This document shows positions 61,056 to 64,000 of a stretch of DNA of 64,000 nt, piece by piece. Below the pieces are notes generated by a model that did no database searches, was not told the origin of the DNA, and saw only the letters and a list, made by a program, of their open reading frames with translations. Positions within the stretch are counted from its first letter, which is position 1, and each line of letters begins with the position of its first letter. The stretch is from the NCBI GenBank assembly GCA_040954595.2, contig JBECUI020000029.1, positions 62,001-126,000 of the forward strand, in the 5' to 3' direction. The stretch is from Balanoglossus misakiensis (lineage: Eukaryota > Animalia > Hemichordata). Position numbers and translations under genes: made by a program.

Positions 61056-64000
61056 AAGTACCTTATATTTTCTGTAAAATAGACATTTAATTGGCAAGCC
61101 GTCCTGCATCAATTATTAATTGTGTACATGCACTAAAGCGCCCTCACTGCTGGGTGTGTTGTATGGTCTTTAACCCTGTTTCAAATTAGAGTACTTTCTG
61201 CAATTTCAAGACAGATCTTACGTGCCATTGGAGAGCTCCATTGACTGGTCATTCATACTGTTTTCATTCATTCATTGCGGCATCAATATATTTTATCTAT
61301 TCTAGCCAAAGAGCTTGGCACCTGTTGAAATGAACTCATCTGCTGTGGGCCAGTTTATTGGTGGCAGTTGAGCTGAGGAGAGCACCTTCCTTCCCGGCAC
61401 GCCACCAAGTAAAGTTCCACGCCGCCCACCACAGATGCCAGCATTCATTCATGCGAGTGAGTGTAATTGCAAATTTGCCTATTCTAGATCTGTAATGGAA
61501 ATGGAGAAAGTACCTTATATTTTCTGTAAAATAGACATTTAATTGGCAAGCCGTCCTGCATCAATTATTAATTGTGTACATGCACTAAAGCGCCCTCACT
61601 GCTGGGTGTGTTGTATGGTCTTTAACCCTGTTTCAAATTAGAGTACTTTCTGCAATTTCAAGACAGATCTTACGTGCCATTGGAGAGCTCCATTGACTGG
61701 TCATTCATACTGTTTTCATTCATTCATTGCGGCATCAATATATTTTATCTATTCTAGCCAAAGAGCTTGGCACCTGTTGAAATGAACTCATCTGCTGTGG
61801 GCCAGTTTATTGGTGGCAGTTGAGCTGAGGAGAGCACCTTCCTTCCCGGCACGCCACCAAGTAAAGTTCCACGCCGCCCACCACAGATGCCAGCATTCAT
61901 TCATGCGAGTGAGTGTAATTGCAAATTTGCCTATTCTAGATCTGTAATGGAAATGGAGAAAGTACCTTATATTTTCTGTAAAATAGACATTTAATTGGCA
62001 AGCCGTCCTGCATCAATTATTAATTGTGTACATGCACTAAAGCGCCCTCACTGCTGGGTGTGTTGTATGGTCTTTAACCCTGTTTCAAATTAGAGTACTT
62101 TCTGCAATTTCAAGACAGATCTTACGTGCCATTGGAGAGCTCCATTGACTGGTCATTCATACTGTTTTCATTCATTCATTGCGGCATCAATATATTTTAT
62201 CTATTCTAGCCAAAGAGCTTGGCACCTGTTGAAATGAACTCATCTGCTGTGGGCCAGTTTATTGGTGGCAGTTGAGCTGAGGAGAGCACCTTCCTTCCCG
62301 GCACGCCACCAAGTAAAGTTCCACGCCGCCCACCACAGATGCCAGCATTCATTCATGCGAGTGAGTGTAATTGCAAATTTGCCTATTCTAGATCTGTAAT
62401 GGAAATGGAGAAAGTACCTTATATTTTCTGTAAAATAGACATTTAATTGGCAAGCCGTCCTGCATCAATTATTAATTGTGTACATGCACTAAAGCGCCCT
62501 CACTGCTGGGTGTGTTGTATGGTCTTTAACCCTGTTTCAAATTAGAGTACTTTCTGCAATTTCAAGACAGATCTTACGTGCCATTGGAGAGCTCCATTGA
62601 CTGGTCATTCATACTGTTTTCATTCATTCATTGCGGCATCAATATATTTTATCTATTCTAGCCAAAGAGCTTGGCACCTGTTGAAATGAACTCATCTGCT
62701 GTGGGCCAGTTTATTGGTGGCAGTTGAGCTGAGGAGAGCACCTTCCTTCCCGGCACGCCACCAAGTAAAGTTCCACGCCGCCCACCACAGATGCCAGCAT
62801 TCATTCATGCGAGTGAGTGTAATTGCAAATTTGCCTATTCTAGATCTGTAATGGAAATGGAGAAAGTACCTTATATTTTCTGTAAAATAGACATTTAATT
62901 GGCAAGCCGTCCTGCATCAATTATTAATTGTGTACATGCACTAAAGCGCCCTCACTGCTGGGTGTGTTGTATGGTCTTTAACCCTGTTTCAAATTAGAGT
63001 ACTTTCTGCAATTTCAAGACAGATCTTACGTGCCATTGGAGAGCTCCATTGACTGGTCATTCATACTGTTTTCATTCATTCATTGCGGCATCAATATATT
63101 TTATCTATTCTAGCCAAAGAGCTTGGCACCTGTTGAAATGAACTCATCTGCTGTGGGCCAGTTTATTGGTGGCAGTTGAGCTGAGGAGAGCACCTTCCTT
63201 CCCGGCACGCCACCAAGTAAAGTTCCACGCCGCCCACCACAGATGCCAGCATTCATTCATGCGAGTGAGTGTAATTGCAAATTTGCCTATTCTAGATCTG
63301 TAATGGAAATGGAGAAAGTACCTTATATTTTCTGTAAAATAGACATTTAATTGGCAAGCCGTCCTGCATCAATTATTAATTGTGTACATGCACTAAAGCG
63401 CCCTCACTGCTGGGTGTGTTGTATGGTCTTTAACCCTGTTTCAAATTAGAGTACTTTCTGCAATTTCAAGACAGATCTTACGTGCCATTGGAGAGCTCCA
63501 TTGACTGGTCATTCATACTGTTTTCATTCATTCATTGCGGCATCAATATATTTTATCTATTCTAGCCAAAGAGCTTGGCACCTGTTGAAATGAACTCATC
63601 TGCTGTGGGCCAGTTTATTGGTGGCAGTTGAGCTGAGGAGAGCACCTTCTTTCCCGGCACGCCACCAAGTAAAGTTCCACGCCGCCCACCACAGATGCCA
63701 GCATTCATTCATGCGAGTGAGTGTAATTGCAAATTTGCCTATTTACGTGCCATTGGAGAGCTCCATTGACTGGTCATTCATACTGTTTTCATTCATTCAT
63801 TGCGGCATCAATATATTTTATCTATTCTAGCCAAAGAGCTTGGCACCTGTTGAAATGAACTCATCTGCTGTGGGCCAGTTTATTGGTGGCAGTTGAGCTG
63901 AGGAGAGCACCTTCCTTCCCGGCACGCCACCAAGTAAAGTTCCACGCCGCCCACCACAGATGCCAGCATTCATTCATGCGAGTGAGTGTAATTGCAAATT
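61056..64000 (+). repeat. Tandem array 3 (~7 monomers; runs off the right edge)
   Basis: Resumes at aagtacc exactly as at 28195. It consists of 452-bp units followed by a 265-bp unit at 63618. Confidence 0.98.

Noticed and set aside
2041-63830. Dozens of 73/70-aa ORFs (MVAVELRRAP...) and 63-aa minus-strand ORFs
   Set aside because: The plus-strand ORFs start at TTG, both types exist only in short monomer variants, and neither has a recognisable domain. They are by-products of the repeat.

Overview
Eukaryotic DNA, probably from an invertebrate animal; the species cannot be determined from the sequence. About 75% of the window is a highly homogeneous tandem array of roughly 125 monomers. The main monomer is 452 bp, with 274, 275 and 265 bp variants arranged in a recurring higher-order block. 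The array is interrupted by two almost identical ~8.15-kb cassettes (20043-28194 and 52898-61055, period ~32.86 kb). Each cassette carries four notable parts. (1) A Sola1-like DDD transposase split into two head-to-head ORFs, with the N-terminal half on the minus strand and the catalytic half on the plus strand. (2) A 4-exon gene, seen only as fragments in the ORF track, encoding a winged-helix domain fused to a SETD8/PR-Set7-like SET domain. (3) A His-Cys box (I-PpoI-type) endonuclease. (4) Diverged progenitor copies of the array monomer plus a LINE relic. Each monomer looks like a 151-nt non-coding exon (acceptor ...tctattctag|, donor |gtgagt) holding a ~125-nt hairpin, and the pairing is preserved by compensatory changes in the diverged copy. 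A 424-bp palindromic MITE with a TA target-site duplication sits at 52346-52769. The many 73-aa ORFs are repeat artefacts. All family assignments come from recognising motifs by eye, not from database searches.
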